Shown here: one piece after another, positions 12,165-24,100 of the stretch
Position numbering within the stretch: position 1 is the first letter of the stretch
Layout: the number at the start of each line of letters is the position of its first letter
Assembly (NCBI RefSeq): GCF_001194135.2
Contig: NC_068993.1
Coordinates: 4,968,459 to 5,032,458 of the forward strand
Reading direction: 5' to 3'
DNA length: 64,000 nt
DNA from: Octopus bimaculoides
Lineage: Eukaryota
Program-made: the position numbers and the translations under genes
Notes under the pieces: model-generated
The model's input: only the letters and a program-made list of their open reading frames with translations
What the model was told of the DNA's origin: nothing
Databases searched by the model: none

Positions 12165-12392
12165 TCCTAAACGTGGTCCTTTCAGTAAATGGTGAGTTCT
12201 AACAGAACCACCTGCTTTGATACGTCTGAGAGCAGCACCACAATGGACCTTAGTGATTTTGAAATGACAGTTTCTGAAAACTTTCGCAGCTTCCCCAGGT
12301 GGATCTTCAGCTCCCAGTTTTCCAATTTATCCCCAGGGAGGTGGACCTGATATCTTCTTTACACCAGTTCCAACAAAATTCCTTCCTGCTGA
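12165..12392 (-). mobile_element. HERO-like non-LTR retrotransposon, restriction-like endonuclease fragment (degraded)
   Basis: Translates to NWELKIHLGKLRKFSETVISKSLRSIVVLLSDVSKQVVLLELTIY*, matching the 'W.L.VDLG..LKFP.......LRPDIVL.S...KQV.LLELTVPW' motif as I recall it from HERO-type elements. Confidence 0.6.
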
Positions 12393-13659
12393 ATCTTTGC
12401 AATCTTAGTTCAAATCTCACAATACCTTTCATCCTTTCCGGGTTGTTGAATTAAAGGACTTCCCAGCCCTCGAAATTCCTGGAGTTGTGCCAAAATTAGA
12501 AATGATTATTATTATTCTGCTAAATGCTACATACCTCTCCCCACCCTGGGGACTCTGAATCAATTGACTTTACATTATTGATAATAACCATGGTAACTTG
12601 ATATAGATCCTTTAATAATTGCTTACTGGATATATATATATACATATATATACATATATATATATATANNNNNNNNNNNNNNNNNNNNNNNNNNNNNNNN
12701 NNNNNNNNNNNNNNNNNNNNNNNNNNNNNNNNNNNNNNNNNNNNNNNNNNNNNNNNNNNNNNNNNNNNNNNNNNNNNNNNNNNNNNNNNNNNNNNNNNNN
12801 NNNNNNNNNNNNNNNNNNNNNNNNNNNNNNNNNNNNNNNNNNNNNNNNNNNNNNNNNNNNNNNNNNNNNNNNNNNNNNNNNNNNNNNNNNNNNNNNNNNN
12901 NNNNNNNNNNNNNNNNNNNNNNNNNNNNNNNNNNNNNNNNNNNNNNNNNNNNNNNNNNNNNNNNNNNNNNNNNNNNNNNNNNNNNNNNNNNNNNNNNNNN
13001 NNNNNNNNNNNNNNNNNNNNNNNNNNNNNNNNNNNNNNNNNNNNNNNNNNNNNNNNNNNNNNNNNNNNNNNNNNNNNNNNNNNNNNNNNNNNNNNNNNNN
13101 NNNNNNNNNNNNNNNNNNNNNNNNNNNNNNNNNNNNNNNNNNNNNNNNNNNNNNNNNNNNNNNNNNNNNNNNNNNNNNNNNNNNNNNNNNNNNNNNNNNN
13201 NNNNNNNNNNNNNNNNNNNNNNNNNNNNNNNNNNNNNNNNNNNNNNNNNNNNNNNNNNNNNNNNNNNNNNNNNNNNNNNNNNNNNNNNNNNNNNNNNNNN
13301 NNNNNNNNNNNNNNNNNNNNNNNNNNNNNNNNNNNNNNNNNNNNNNNNNNNNTCTACATTATTATTGATAATAGTCCTTTATTTATTTCTTTTTACTTTA
13401 AAAATTGATAAATGTCAACCATGCCATGCACCAAATGAGAAAGAAGAAAGACAGAAAAGAAGAAAAAAAATGATAGAAAATTAAGGGGAGGGGGAGGGGC
13501 AGAAAGAAAAGGAAAAAAGGAAAGAGGAAAAAGGAAAAAGGAAAATGGAAGTAAAAAACGAGTTATTTTGAATTCAACACCCAGACTTTTGCACCAGAGT
13601 CGCTGATTTGTGATTAGAAAATTCATGACTGAAACTGTCACCGTTTCCGACACAAACGC

Positions 13660-13944
13660 ACTTACTATCATCATCATCATCGTCATCATCATCAACATCA
13701 CCACCATGATCATTATCATCATCACCACCACCATCATCCTCATCATTGTCATTATCACCGTCATCATCACCATCATCATCATCATCGTCATTATCATCAT
13801 CATCATCACTATCATTATCATCGTCGTCGTCGTCGTCGTCATCATCATCATCATCATACATATGTATACATAGGCATATATATGTGTGTGTGTATATATA
13901 TATGTATATATATATACATATATATACATATATATCTATATATA

Positions 13945-13982
<38 letters not shown>

Positions 13983-13991
13983 CTTTTATAC

Positions 13992-14040
<49 letters not shown>
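13660..14040. repeat. (ATC)n/(GTC)n, (AT)n and (AC)n compound microsatellite
   Basis: Directly visible. Confidence 0.9.
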
Positions 14041-14059
14041 GTATGTGCATGGACTGCTG

Positions 14060-14235
14060 AAATCTACAAGTTTTCTTCATTCTTTCTCTGTTTATTTTCT
14101 CTTATTCCCTTCTGTCGAAGAGCTTAGGCTCGAAACGTAAAAGACGTTTTCATTTTCCTTGAGCATCAAACTAATACACCTGTTTGCTGTTCATACACCT
14201 GTCTTCCTTTGTTTTTCTATAAATTTCAACTATAT
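14060..14235 (+). mobile_element. Short Penelope pLTR-like repeat carrying a hammerhead-like motif
   Basis: CTGTCGA-A-GAGC-TTAG-GCTC-GAAA-C-GTA at 14112-14139; ends at an (AT)n/(AG)n run. Confidence 0.45.
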
Positions 14236-14254
14236 ATATATAGAGAGAGAGAGA

Positions 14255-14417
14255 GTGGCTGTGTGGTAAGTAGCTTGCTTACCAACCACATGGTTCCGGG
14301 TTCAGTTCTACTGCATGACACCTTGGGCAAGTGTCTTCTACTATAGCCTCGGGCTGACCAAAGCCTTGCCAGTGGATTTGGTACACGGAAACTGAAAGAA
14401 GCCCATCGTATATATGC

Positions 14418-14453
<36 letters not shown>

Positions 14454-14612
14454 CTGTGTTTGTCCCCATAACTTAGCGATTCGGTAAAAGAGATGGATAG
14501 AATAAGTACTAGGCTTACAAAGTCCTGGGGTCGATTTGCTCGACCAAAGGTGATGCTCCAGCATGGCCGCAGTGAAATGACTGAAGCAAGTAAAAGAGTA
14601 AAAGAGTAAAGT
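14255..14612 (+). mobile_element. SINE family A, full-length, little diverged
   Basis: Head, internal (AT)n(GT)n at about 14408-14455, and tail ..GCTCCAGCATGGCCGCAG..AAGTAAAAGAGTAAAAGAGTAAA. Confidence 0.9.
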
Positions 14613-14684
14613 GTACATATACTTACGTATATAAATGTAGATATGTGTATATATCTATGCATATATATGAATATATCATCACCA

Positions 14685-14910
14685 TCATCATCATCGTTTA
14701 ACGACTGCTTTCCATGCTAGCATGGGTTGGACGATTTGACTGAGGACTGGTGAACCAGATGGTTACAGCAGGCTCCAATCTGATTTGGCAGAGTTTCTAC
14801 AGCTGGATGCCCTTCCTAACGCCAACCACTCAGAGAGTGTAGTAGCTGCTTTTACATGGCACTGGCACGAAGGCCAGTCAGGCGGTACTGGCAACGGCCA
14901 CGCTCAAATC
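14685..14910 (-). mobile_element. SINE family C (RTE-type tail)
   Basis: Reverse complement of the copy at 27788-27995. Confidence 0.85.
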
Positions 14911-15028
14911 AAAAAATATAAAAATAAACAAGCTTTTTGATGGTTTTATAGATATTTCAAAATAGGATGCTAGATGTTTCCATTACTTTGTCCAACCCCA
15001 TAGATGTTGATAGATAGATCGGCATAAA

Positions 15029-15065
<37 letters not shown>

Positions 15066-16058
15066 NNNNNNNNNNNNNNNNNNNNNNNNNNNNNNNNNNN
15101 NNNNNNNNNNNNNNNNNNNNNNNNNNNNNNNNNNNNNNNNNNNNNNNNNNNNNNNNNNNNNNNNNNNNNNNNNNNNNNNNNNNNNNNNNNNNNNNNNNNN
15201 NNNNNNNNNNNNNNNNNNNNNNNNNNNNNNNNNNNNNNNNNNNNNNNNNNNNNNNNNNNNNNNNNNNNNNNNNNNNNNNNNNNNNNNNNNNNNNNNNNNN
15301 NNNNNNNNNNNNNNNNNNNNNNNNNNNNNNNNNNNNNNNNNNNNNNNNNNNNNNNNNNNNNNNNNNNNNNNNNNNNNNNNNNNNNNNNNNNNNNNNNNNN
15401 NNNNNNNNNNNNNNNNNNNNNNNNNNNNNNNNNNNNNNNNNNNNNNNNNNNNNNNNNNNNNNNNNNNNNNNNNNNNNNNNNNNNNNNNNNNNNNNNNNNN
15501 NNNNNNNNNNNNNNNNNNNNNNNNNNNNNNNNNNNNNNNNNNNNNNNNNNNNNNNNNNNNNNNNNNNNNNNNNNNNNNNNNNNNNNNNNNNNNNNNNNNN
15601 NNNNNNNNNNNNNNNNNNNNNNNNNNNNNNNNNNNNNNNNNNNNNNNNNNNNNNNNNNNNNNNNNNNNNNNNNNNNNNNNNNNNNNNNNNNNNNNNNNNN
15701 NNNNNNNNNNNNNNNNNNNNNNNNNNNNNNNNNNNNNNNNNNNNNNNNNNNNNNNNNNNNNNNNNNNNNNNNNNNNNNNNNNNNNNNNNNNNNNNNNNNN
15801 NNNNNNNNNNNNNNNNNNNNNNNNNNNNNNNNNNNNNNNNNNNNNNNNNNNNNNNNNNNNNNNNNNNNNNNNNNNNNNNNNNNNNNNNNNNNNNNNNNNN
15901 NNNNNNNNNNNNNNNNNNNNNNNNNNNNNNNNNNNNNNNNNNNNNNNNNNNNNNNNNNNNNNNNNNNNNNNNNNNNNNNNNNNNNNNNNNNNNNNNNNNN
16001 NNNNNNNNNNNNNNNNNNNNNNNNNNNNNNNNNNNNNNNNNNNNNNNNNNNNNNNNNN

Positions 16059-16131
<73 letters not shown>

Positions 16132-16364
16132 GAGGAAGTGAGTGAGTCGACAGAGTTATATACTGCTATAGGTTTACTTATTAATATTCTTTATAAACCA
16201 AAATGGTGTTATGTAGATAAAGTCTACCTTTAATTTATTTATTATTTATTGAGATTGTCAACTTGTTAAAGAAATGGCATTGCAACGAACTAAAAGTTTT
16301 CCAAATGGTGTCAGGTGATATCTGGAATACAGAGAAATTTACTGAGTGTTTGCATCAGCAGGAA

Positions 16365-16740
16365 TTAATACATAGAGGAGTCTGCAGACGAGTTTGGATT
16401 ATTTGATTTATTGCAAAGAGGGGGGAGGGATTTACTGGTGTTTTGGCACTTAATTCTTTGTGTGAGATTCAAGAAGATGGAGATGACATTAGTACGAAGT
16501 AGAGAATAGAGGAAGCAAAAAGAGTGATAAATGTGTTGGAGAGGATGAGGATAAGAGGAAGAGAAATGAGGGGATAGTTCAGCGATAGGGGGTAGAAGTA
16601 GTGTGAGAGAGAGAAGTGTGAGGGAGGAAGAGAAGAGCAGAGGTTGAAAGTAAAGAAAAAGGGTTATAGTAAGAAAGAGGTGTAATGAAGTTGCTTCTGA
16701 GACAGGAGAGAATGCAAGACCCATGATTCTTAGCAAGGCT
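16365..16740 (-). mobile_element. Degraded Penelope-like fragment
   Basis: CT-rich minus-strand ORF with YPHPLQHIYHSFCFL, weakly similar to the Penelope RT-endonuclease linker. Confidence 0.35.
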
Positions 16741-17119
16741 TCTGAGAATTATGGGAGAAGGGAGGAACAGTACTCTTCAATCTGAGACCATACCTGAATG
16801 CATGCAACAGACTGTACTGTGCAGCAGACAAAATCCCACTAAGCATTTCACCTGGCACGTTAACAATTCTGCTAGATCACCACCTGGTTTATTTGTAATT
16901 AATAATGATGAGTGTCAAGGGATGCACTCACTCCACCATGGTGGCCTAAACACTTTATCCTTTAAAGCACCAGAAAGGTTTGAGCAGCAACTTAGATTTG
17001 CTCAGCACTGCATATTGGACCATAAAAGACAACAAAAGAGTCCTTTTTTTTATTCTTTTTTTTTTGTCATAAGCTTATTATAGACTAGCAACAAGTTCTT
17101 CAGTCTTATTCTTTCTGTG

Positions 17120-17362
17120 TGTTCATGTTTGCATGTGTGTGTATGTATGTGTCTTTATCTTTGTGTTTGTCCCATACCACCACTTGACAACTGGTGTTGG
17201 TATGTTTACATCCCTGTAACATAGTGGGTCAGCAAAAGGAACTGATATAATAAATACCAGGCTTTAAAAATAAGTCCTGCACTTGATTCATTCAACTAAA
17301 TCCTTTCAAGGCGGTGCCCCAGCATGGCTGCAGTCCAATGACTGAAGCAAGGAAAAGACATA
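17120..17362 (+). mobile_element. SINE family A tail
   Basis: TTGACAACTGGTGTTGG..AAGGCGGTGCCCCAGCATGGCTGCAG..GACTGAAGCAAG. Confidence 0.75.
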
Positions 17363-17804
17363 CGACAGCAAATGTTTGTCATGTATTTTCTTTGTGTTTC
17401 TGAGTCAGGTAGAATTTCTTCATGGCCATAAATAACATCTTTAAGAAAAATCAGAAAACAAAATCTCTAAAGTTTAACTAACCAAATTATCAGTAATAAA
17501 TCAGAAGATTAAGATCGTAAATTTGGAATGATATATTTATGGTAATGAGGGAGAAAATTGAATATATTTAAATGTAAATTTAGAATTCATTAATGAGATA
17601 AATAATCTTGTAGATCTAGATAAGGCTTTAAAAAAAACCCTGATAAATAAATATTTGTATATAGAGTCTGAATATCCTAAATGTAAAATGGACCTAAAAT
17701 GTTATTTCTTTCTGGTTTTTAAAACTGATGTTTGAATAATTATATAAAAATAATTAATTGTAAGATTGACTTCTAATTAAACAGAATTAAGATTCTTTTA
17801 TACT

Positions 17805-18195
17805 TTTATTCTTTTACTTGTTTCAGTCAATTAACTGCCGTCATGCTGGAGTACCACTTTAAAAGGCTTTAGTCGAACAAATTGACCCAGGACTTATTCT
17901 TTGTAAGCCCAGTACTTATTCTATTGGTCTCTTTTGCTAAAATATGGGGACATAAACACACCAACATTGGTTGTCAAGCAATGGTAGTGGAGACAAACAC
18001 AGACAAATACATGTATATAAATACATGTATGTATATAAATATACAACAGGCTTCTTCCAGTTTCCATCTACCAAATTCAGTCACAAGGCTTTGGTCAGCC
18101 CGAGGCTATAATTCCCTTGCCCAAAGTGCCACACAGTGGGACTGAACCCGGATCGTGTGGTTGAGAAGCAAGCTCCTTACCACACAGCCAAGCAT
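17805..18195 (-). mobile_element. SINE family A, full-length
   Basis: Tail, AT-rich spacer and head in reverse orientation. Confidence 0.85.
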
Positions 18196-19138
18196 AAATT
18201 TAATTAAATGGTTGGAAAGAAAATTATCATTATTGTTATTATTATTAATATTATTCAGGTCACTGCCTGGAATCGAACTTGGAATGTAAATAATGTACAT
18301 AATTCATCATCTCTTAAATAGAGAACTTTATTGCTCTTGTTCTTGTACAAATATATGTACATCCATATGCATACATACAGATCCAGATACATACACATAC
18401 ATCTATTGATCCAAATACATATACACGCAGCCATATATCTAAATACACACGCACACACACCCACACACACATATGCACCCACATAAACATGTACATGAAT
18501 TCAGATGCCAGCATGGGAAGCAAATTTTTGATGATGTTGATGATGGTGATGATGATGTTGATGATGGTGATGATGATGATGACGACAACGACGACGATGG
18601 TTGTGTTGTTGGTGGTGGTGGTGGTGGTGATGGTGGTGGTGGTGATGATTGTGGTGGTGGTAGTGATGATGAAAGGAGAAAAACAATAAAAGAGTTAGAA
18701 TTAAAATTGAAACGGATTTGGATTCAAACATTTGTTGATTCCCACTGAATGGTGACAAAAACTTATGAAGAATAATCTATTGTCATTTGGTCCCGAATTA
18801 AATTCTTTGCATCAATATTTTGTAAAGAGGAAGAAGAGAAAATGGTTCTTAATTGTAGATACAAGAAGGAGGCCAGATTACCAGATCAATTTCATAAAAA
18901 AAAGGGGGATTAAAATTTTTCAATAAGTAGAAGAATGAGTTAGAAATTAGCTTGAAATAACAATTCTACAAATAATTTATAGACCATCATCATCATCATC
19001 ATCATCATCATCATTGTCATCATTATCATCACCCATCCAGGGACCTAAATACACCAGCACTGGTTCTCAAGCAGTGGTGGAGGGACAAGCACAGACTCAA
19101 AGACACACAAATACACACAAATATGTATNNNNNNNNNN

Positions 19139-19375
19139 TCCTCCTACATCGTTTTATCGATTTTGATGAAACTTGACACATGAGTAGACCTCATGTCTTC
19201 AAAACTAGTGACATAGTTGATTGTTGAAAAAAAATCGATAATAGGGGCCCCTGGAAGGGATTCTTATATCTACTACATATAACTAATATATTATTTTTAA
19301 ACATTCAAGGGAAATAACCCATTCGCTCCTGAAAGGGATCCATATGTATAGCCAAAGGAAATAACCCATTCATGT
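19139..19375. mobile_element. Non-autonomous DNA element fragment (Helentron/HINE- or Kolobok-like)
   Basis: CTCCTACATCGTTTTATCGATTTTGATGAAACTTG and duplicated AAGG(G)AAATAACCCATT are motifs I associate with molluscan non-autonomous DNA elements. Confidence 0.3.
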
Positions 19376-19589
19376 TCGCATCTTGTCCTTACCTTCGAAA
19401 TGTGGAGTAGATAAAACAGGACAACTGATGAAGGGAATATTCTTTATGTTGCCTGTCTCGTTTCTCTGTTCCTTTCTTTCATTATTCGAAACAAATTCAC
19501 TCTCTATGTTTTTGTTTTTATGCTCTCGTTTCTCATTTTGTTCATGTTTTTTGATGTCCTGTATGCATATATACATATATTTATAGGTA

Positions 19590-19681
<92 letters not shown>

Positions 19682-20090
19682 TACAAAATATCTATTTTCT
19701 ATATATGATTACAGATCAGATTACAACAGAAAATAGATTTGTGTCCATAAATTCAACGTATTGAAGTGCCTCCTCCTAAGCTTAGTATGTTTATATCCCT
19801 CATAGTTTCGCATATTTTATTTTTGTCCCACAGATTTCATATTCCTACAGACCTGCTGACATTCAGACTGATGGACTAATTTAAAGGAATCTGATTTTGA
19901 ATTTGACAAATGATAAGAAAATAAGAAATACAGTCTATGAAACTGGATTTGTTTAGTTTTGGGTTATTTTTGGTTATTTTTTTCATATCTTTTAGTCGTA
20001 TGTTTTGGCTTTCAGATAAATTTCTCAAAATAGCTTTAGTAATTCACATTCATTCCTCCTATTTCTACAAAAAGATTATTATCAAAAATG

Positions 20091-20129
<39 letters not shown>

Positions 20130-20167
20130 GTTATTATTATTATCATTATTATTATCATTATCATTAC

Positions 20168-20665
20168 TAAGGCATCGAGCTGGCAGAATTGTTAGCACAC
20201 CAGTTGAATTGCTTAGCAGTATTTTGTCCGTCGCTCCATTCTGAGTTCAAATTCCACCAAGGTCGACTTTGCTTTTCATAATTTCAGGGTCGATTAAATA
20301 AGTACCAGTTACACACTGGAGTCGATGTAATCGACTTAATCCCTTGCTCCAAATTTCAGATCTTGTGTCTACAATAGAAAGTATTACTATTATTATTATT
20401 ATTATTAATGAGTAGTCTTATTTTTATAATGTGCTTTCACTGCTGTCATTTACTGTTATTATTAAGGCAGTGAGCTGGCAGAGTCGTTAGCATGCCCGGC
20501 AGAATGCTTAGCATGTTCTGAGTTCAAACTCTGCTGAGGTCCACTTTGCCTTTGCCTTTCCAGCTTGATAAAATAAGCATCAGTTGAGCTCTGGAGTCTA
20601 TGTAATCAGCTTACTAAAAACCACTCTCTCAAAATTGCTGGCCTTGTGCCAAAATTTGGAATCAT
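20168..20665 (+). mobile_element. Two SINE family B copies (20168-20395, 20463-20665)
   Basis: Both start AAGGC..GAGCTGGCAGA after (TTA)n. Confidence 0.85.
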
Positions 20666-20764
20666 TATTTTTTTTGTTTAACCTTTTTATGTACCTTCTT
20701 TTTTAGTGTATACCATGTATACTCACTTCTTTTGTTTTTGTTTATTTTATCATTTCATCATATG

Positions 20765-20940
20765 TAACTGCTTAACCTCCCAAGCTAACCTGTCATATCT
20801 ATCGACTTTTCTTTCTTCCTTATTGCATACCTTGTTGTCAGCTGGGCATGCTATATCTATGACCCAGCATCGTTTGCATTCTTTCTCAATTAAGACTATG
20901 TCTGGCTTCCTATTCCCTATCTCATGGTCGCACTGAATCT
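20765..20940 (-). mobile_element. R4/Dong-clade LINE, restriction-like endonuclease fragment
   Basis: Open frame IQCDHEIGNRKPDIVLIEKECKRCWVIDIACPADNKVCNKEERKVDRYDRLAWEVKQL: PD..D..K catalytic motif in the R4-type context. Confidence 0.8.
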
Positions 20941-21159
20941 ATTATTATTATTGTTATTATTACTACCATTATTATTATTATTATTATTCATTTCATGTCC
21001 ATTTCCTATGCTGGCATGGGTTGGACAGTTTGACAGGACCTGGAAGAGTCAGGAGCTACTGTACCAAGCTCCATTATAGCTATTATCATTATTAAGGCAG
21101 CAAGCTGGAAGAATGCTAAGCAACTCTTCATTCCTTTTTACATTATCACAAAGAATTAT

Positions 21160-21211
21160 TATTATTGTTCTTTTTATCATCATCATCATCACCACCACCA
21201 CCACCACCACC

Positions 21212-21243
<32 letters not shown>

Positions 21244-21343
21244 TATCATTACTTCTCTGAGATTATTATTGTTATCAGGCTATTATTATTACTATTGTTG
21301 TTGTTATTTCTATTAATATTATTATCATTATCATCATCATCAT

Positions 21344-21375
<32 letters not shown>

Positions 21376-21401
21376 TTATCATTATTATTATTATTATCAT
21401 C

Positions 21402-21442
<41 letters not shown>

Positions 21443-21444
21443 CA

Positions 21445-21488
<44 letters not shown>

Positions 21489-21521
21489 TTTATTATCATT
21501 ATTATTATTATCATCATTATT

Positions 21522-21552
<31 letters not shown>

Positions 21553-21691
21553 TTATCATTATTATTATTATTATTATCATCATCATCATNNNNNNNNNNN
21601 NNNNNNNNNNNNNNNNNNNNNNNNNNNNNNNNNNNNNNNNNNNNNNNNNNNNNNNNNNNNNNNNNNNNNNNNNNNNNNNNNNNNNNNNNNN

Positions 21692-21727
<36 letters not shown>

Positions 21728-21752
21728 TTTATTATCATTATTATTATTATCA

Positions 21753-21800
<48 letters not shown>

Positions 21801-21956
21801 TTATCATTATTATTATTATTATTATCATCATCATTATCATTATTATTATTATTTTAACTATTATTATCATTATCATTATCATTATTATTATCATTATTAT
21901 TATTAGCATTATCATTATCATCATCATCATCATCATCATCCTCATCATTGTTATTA

Positions 21957-22009
<53 letters not shown>

Positions 22010-22035
22010 ATTATTATAATTATTATTATCATCAT
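21160..22035. repeat. Long (TTA)n/(TCA)n/(CCA)n tract interrupted by a gap
   Basis: Directly visible. Confidence 0.95.
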
Positions 22036-22204
22036 TTAGAATCATCCAGTTCACCTCGAAGGCTATAAACCTGATAAGTGCCCGTAGGATATGTAGAATG
22101 TACGTAGTCAGTTTTATATTTATCATCCCAAGAAGATGTATATATATATATATATATATATACATACGTGAAAAACTATTATTTCAATTGCGTTACTCGA
22201 AATA

Positions 22205-22530
22205 TAAATTCATTAACAGCGTCTTCTCATTGTTACACTTGCCCAGCATCCCACGTGATGTTCTTCACAAGGTCTTCTGTATTTTCTGAAATGGAAATTT
22301 TAGCTTCAGCCATTTTACTTCCACTCAAGCACTTTTAAAGATCACCAGAGGTGTCTCTTACAAAACCGTCACTATATTGGGCCATTACAATGCCGGCTCT
22401 TATTCACTACGAACCAGTTTGATTTTAAATGCTAGTTTCAATCCTATCCATACCAGCTGAACAGACAATGAATATGGTGGCTGTATCTCCCATCTTGAAC
22501 CAACGGTCTTTTGTTACATTATACAAATAT
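22205..22530 (-). mobile_element. Highly degraded Tc1/mariner-like transposase fragment
   Basis: Minus-strand pieces LVQDGRYSHH (cf. FQQDGA..H) and WP, in the expected order and broken by stops. Confidence 0.35.
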
Positions 22531-22664
22531 ATATAGGGGATGTTGTAAAAGAGGTTAAAAGTTTGAGAATGGCTACAAAAGTAGATAAACTATACATATA
22601 TATATATATATATACATACATATATGTATATATGCATCTATCTATCTATCCATCTATCTATCTG

Positions 22665-22699
<35 letters not shown>

Positions 22700-22846
22700 G
22701 TCTGTCTGTCTGTCTGTCTGTCAGTCTATTTGTCTATCTCTCTCTCTCTATTTATGCGTGTGTGTGTGTGTGTATGTATGTATTTATTTTTATAGATATA
22801 TATTCAAACACACACATATATAATATATATATATATATATATATGC

Positions 22847-22883
<37 letters not shown>

Positions 22884-22885
<2 letters not shown>

Positions 22886-22966
22886 TTATTTAAAAGCAGC
22901 AGAAATATAACAAAAAAACCGTTACTCTGAGTTTCACGTTCCCGTTCATCGGACAGTGCTTACTCC

Positions 22967-22968
<2 letters not shown>
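22884..22968 (-). ncRNA. Short element within (TA)n carrying a minimal type I hammerhead ribozyme-like motif
   Basis: 22956->22919 reads CUGU-CCGAUGA-ACG-GGAA-CGU-GAAA-CUC-A-GAG-UA-ACGG: three stems and the core in canonical order, with a U4C deviation. Confidence 0.55.
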
Positions 22969-23032
<64 letters not shown>

Positions 23033-23644
23033 CAGACGTATGAACATAGAGGTTGACAGAGAGACAAACAGACAGACAGACAGATAGACAGATAGAGATA
23101 TGAAAAAAATAAATATGCATTAGAATATCTGTCTTATGTTTCTTCTAAAAGCTTTTAAATAAACCAAAATAAACAAATGGTAGATATTTTGGTATAGCTG
23201 TAAATATCTTAATCCCACACCATTTATGGATTGAATTTCAACCCCTCGTTAATATTACTCCATTAATAATGGATTAAACAAGCCTGTAGTTTTATTTTCC
23301 AGTAAGTAGCTAAACCCAGCATCCTACCTTGTAGGAAGACAGAAATATTAATAATTGTGTAACAGCTGTTATATATTTAAAATATTAGATTATTTATCAT
23401 ATTATATTATTTATAATATATCATGGGTGTGGCTGGGTGGTAAGAAGTTTGCTTCCCGACTATATGGTTCTGGGTTCAGTCCCTCTGCATGTCACCTTGA
23501 GCAAGTGTCTCCTACTATAGCCCCAGAACAAATAAAACTGATATTTTAGGTAGAAAATGTGGCTGGGAGACTTCCTTATATTTGAGGTCCAGATTGTCTT
23601 GAATTAAGTACAATATTCCGGAGACAGTCATTTGCCTGCCTGTA

Positions 23645-24100
23645 AATTGCTCCCTCCCCCTCTCTCCATTTTCTTCTCTTTCCATCTCACTCTCACTTCC
23701 ACTCTCTCTCTCACTCTCTCTTACTCTCTCTTTCTCACTCTGTCTCCTCCTCTCTGTCTTTCCCTTTCTCTCACTCAATCTCTCTCTTTTCCTTCCTCTC
23801 TTCCTCCCTCTCTCCCTCTCTTTCCCCTCTCTTTCCCCTCTCTCTCACTCTCTCTCACTCTCTCCCCATCTCTCTGTCCCTCCTTCTCTCTCTCCCTCAC
23901 ACTTTTCATTCCCACTCTTTATTTCCCTTCTCTCTCACTCTTTCTCTTTCAGTCTCTCTCCCTCCCGCCCCCTCTCTCAGTTTCAGTCCCCCTCTTCGTC
24001 CCTCCCTCACTTTCTTCTCTCCCTCCCTCTCTCCCCCTTTCTCTCTCTCGCTCATTTCCTCTCTCTCTCGCTCATTTCCTCTCTCTTTCTCTCCATTCCA
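23645..24100. repeat. About 450-bp polypyrimidine/polypurine (CT-rich) tract
   Basis: Directly visible; includes the direct repeat CTCTCTCTCGCTCATTTCCT twice. Confidence 0.9.

Noticed and set aside
12619-16096. Long ORFs of 249-354 aa (also at 30047-30981, 32789-33789, 36288-36935, 44149-44762 and 60841-61539)
   Set aside because: They consist of N-runs (X) and (AT)n; not coding evidence.
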